Source of the DNA: Moniliella sp. 'wahieum'
Lineage: Eukaryota
Assembly: GCA_003971905.1 (NCBI GenBank)
Contig: RSEE01000108.1
Span: 124,001-188,000 of the forward strand
DNA length: 64,000 bases
Reading direction: 5' to 3'
Shown: piece by piece, positions 63,101 through 64,000 of the stretch
How the letters are laid out: the number at the start of each line of letters is the position of its first letter
Position numbering within the stretch: the stretch's first letter is position 1
Program-made: the position numbers and the translations under genes
Notes under the pieces: model-generated
Told to the model about the DNA's origin: nothing
Databases searched by the model: none
The model's input: the letters and a program-made list of their open reading frames with translations, nothing else

Positions 63101-64000
63101 ATGAACTTGCACATTGTTGGTGTCGGTTCCGTAGGGGGCCTGTTTGCCTTCTTTGCCAAGCGGCTCTCCGGTTGGAGGGGGCCCAGCGCTTCCGTTCCCC
63201 GGGCGGGCATCTCTTCCAGGAAAGCACGGTGACTCTGCACTTGAACCGGCCTCCGCCCCCCTCGGCCATGGCCGCGGATGGGACGGCGACTCTGACGCGT
63301 GAACAACCGATGGGAAAGTGGAGAAAGAGAGCGGGTTTCTTCTCGAGCTTTCCCCCCGGGAGACGAGCACGATTGACGTGTTGGTAATTGCACTCAAGTC
63401 GGACTTGACCTGTCCGTTGTCGGTCCCTTAATCCAACGTTTCCGCAAGGCCGATCACCCCAATGGTCCCTCGACCGTTGTCTTTCTCCAGAATGGGGTTG
63501 GGAACGATGAGCTGTTTCTCTCCCACTTCTTTTCCAGTCCGAACAGCCAGGTGGGACGGCCGTTTGTTTGTTGCTCAACAGCAAGTCATGGTACGGGACG
63601 CAAGGAACCCCTTTGGGTTCGCCACCTCGGCTTCAACACCTTTCACTTTGGTTTGCCGCGCGAAACGGCGGAACGTGTCGGGGGAGAAGAATCATTGTTT
63701 GCCCACTGGAGGATGCTAGCCACACCGCTGCCCCTGGAACACAGACGCTGTCAGACTTGATCCAACTCTTGGCCAGCGCGCCGATGGCTACCCCGGCACT
63801 TGCTCAATGCACGCTTGAGACTGGGGACAAGTTTGCGCTGCGGGCCCTGCAAAATTGGTGGTCAACTGCTGCGCCAATGCGATTGGTGCCGTGCACGACG
63901 TGAAGAATGGGGAGGTGCTGGATCGGCCGGAGCTGAATGCTCTCCGACAAGAAGTGACTGTGGAATGTGCTGCGGTGCTGCGTGCGCGTTGGCTTGCTGA
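63101..64000 (+). CDS. Ketopantoate reductase (ApbA/PanE, Pan5-like), partial and frameshifted
   Basis: MNLHIVGVGSVGGLFA (Rossmann), IDVLVIALKS, QNGVG, KLVVNCCANAIGAVHDVKNG. Runs off the window. Confidence 0.8.

Overview
Eukaryotic (fungal) genomic DNA, most likely a gene-dense basidiomycete with GC-rich genes and short GT-AG introns; the lineage is inferred, not proven. Nearly every gene, including housekeeping ones, is split across frames by 1-2 nt indels, often in homopolymers. This fits an unpolished long-read assembly, so gene models were rebuilt by joining frames and their boundaries are approximate. Recognisable genes in order: mitochondrial carrier (partial), PTC5-like PP2C phosphatase, SUR1/CSH1-like GT32 mannosyltransferase, ATP synthase subunit f, group III hybrid histidine kinase, LRR-RhoGEF-PH protein, makorin-like RING protein, C2H2+Zn2Cys6 transcription factor, CaMK, Sec4/Rab8, TauD dioxygenase, MFS transporter, secreted aspartic protease, 3-hydroxyacyl-CoA dehydrogenase/beta-propeller fusion, EHD3, RPS2 and ketopantoate reductase (partial). 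There are six intron-containing tRNA genes (Gln, Trp x2, Leu, Ile, Ala). The most interesting part is 51.6-55.7 kb: a young non-autonomous LTR element (two apparently identical 240-bp LTRs, CAAAC target-site duplication) next to and probably nested in a Helitron-like element with twin GNA-triloop hairpins, plus a heptamer array and a possible spliced repeat micro-peptide gene. Other highlights are a ~130-aa Gly/Ser/Tyr insert next to a catalytic Asp of the aspartic protease, a convergent tRNA-Trp pair sharing an A31-C39 mismatch, and a window-wide family of 'palindrome+1' heptamer microsatellites.
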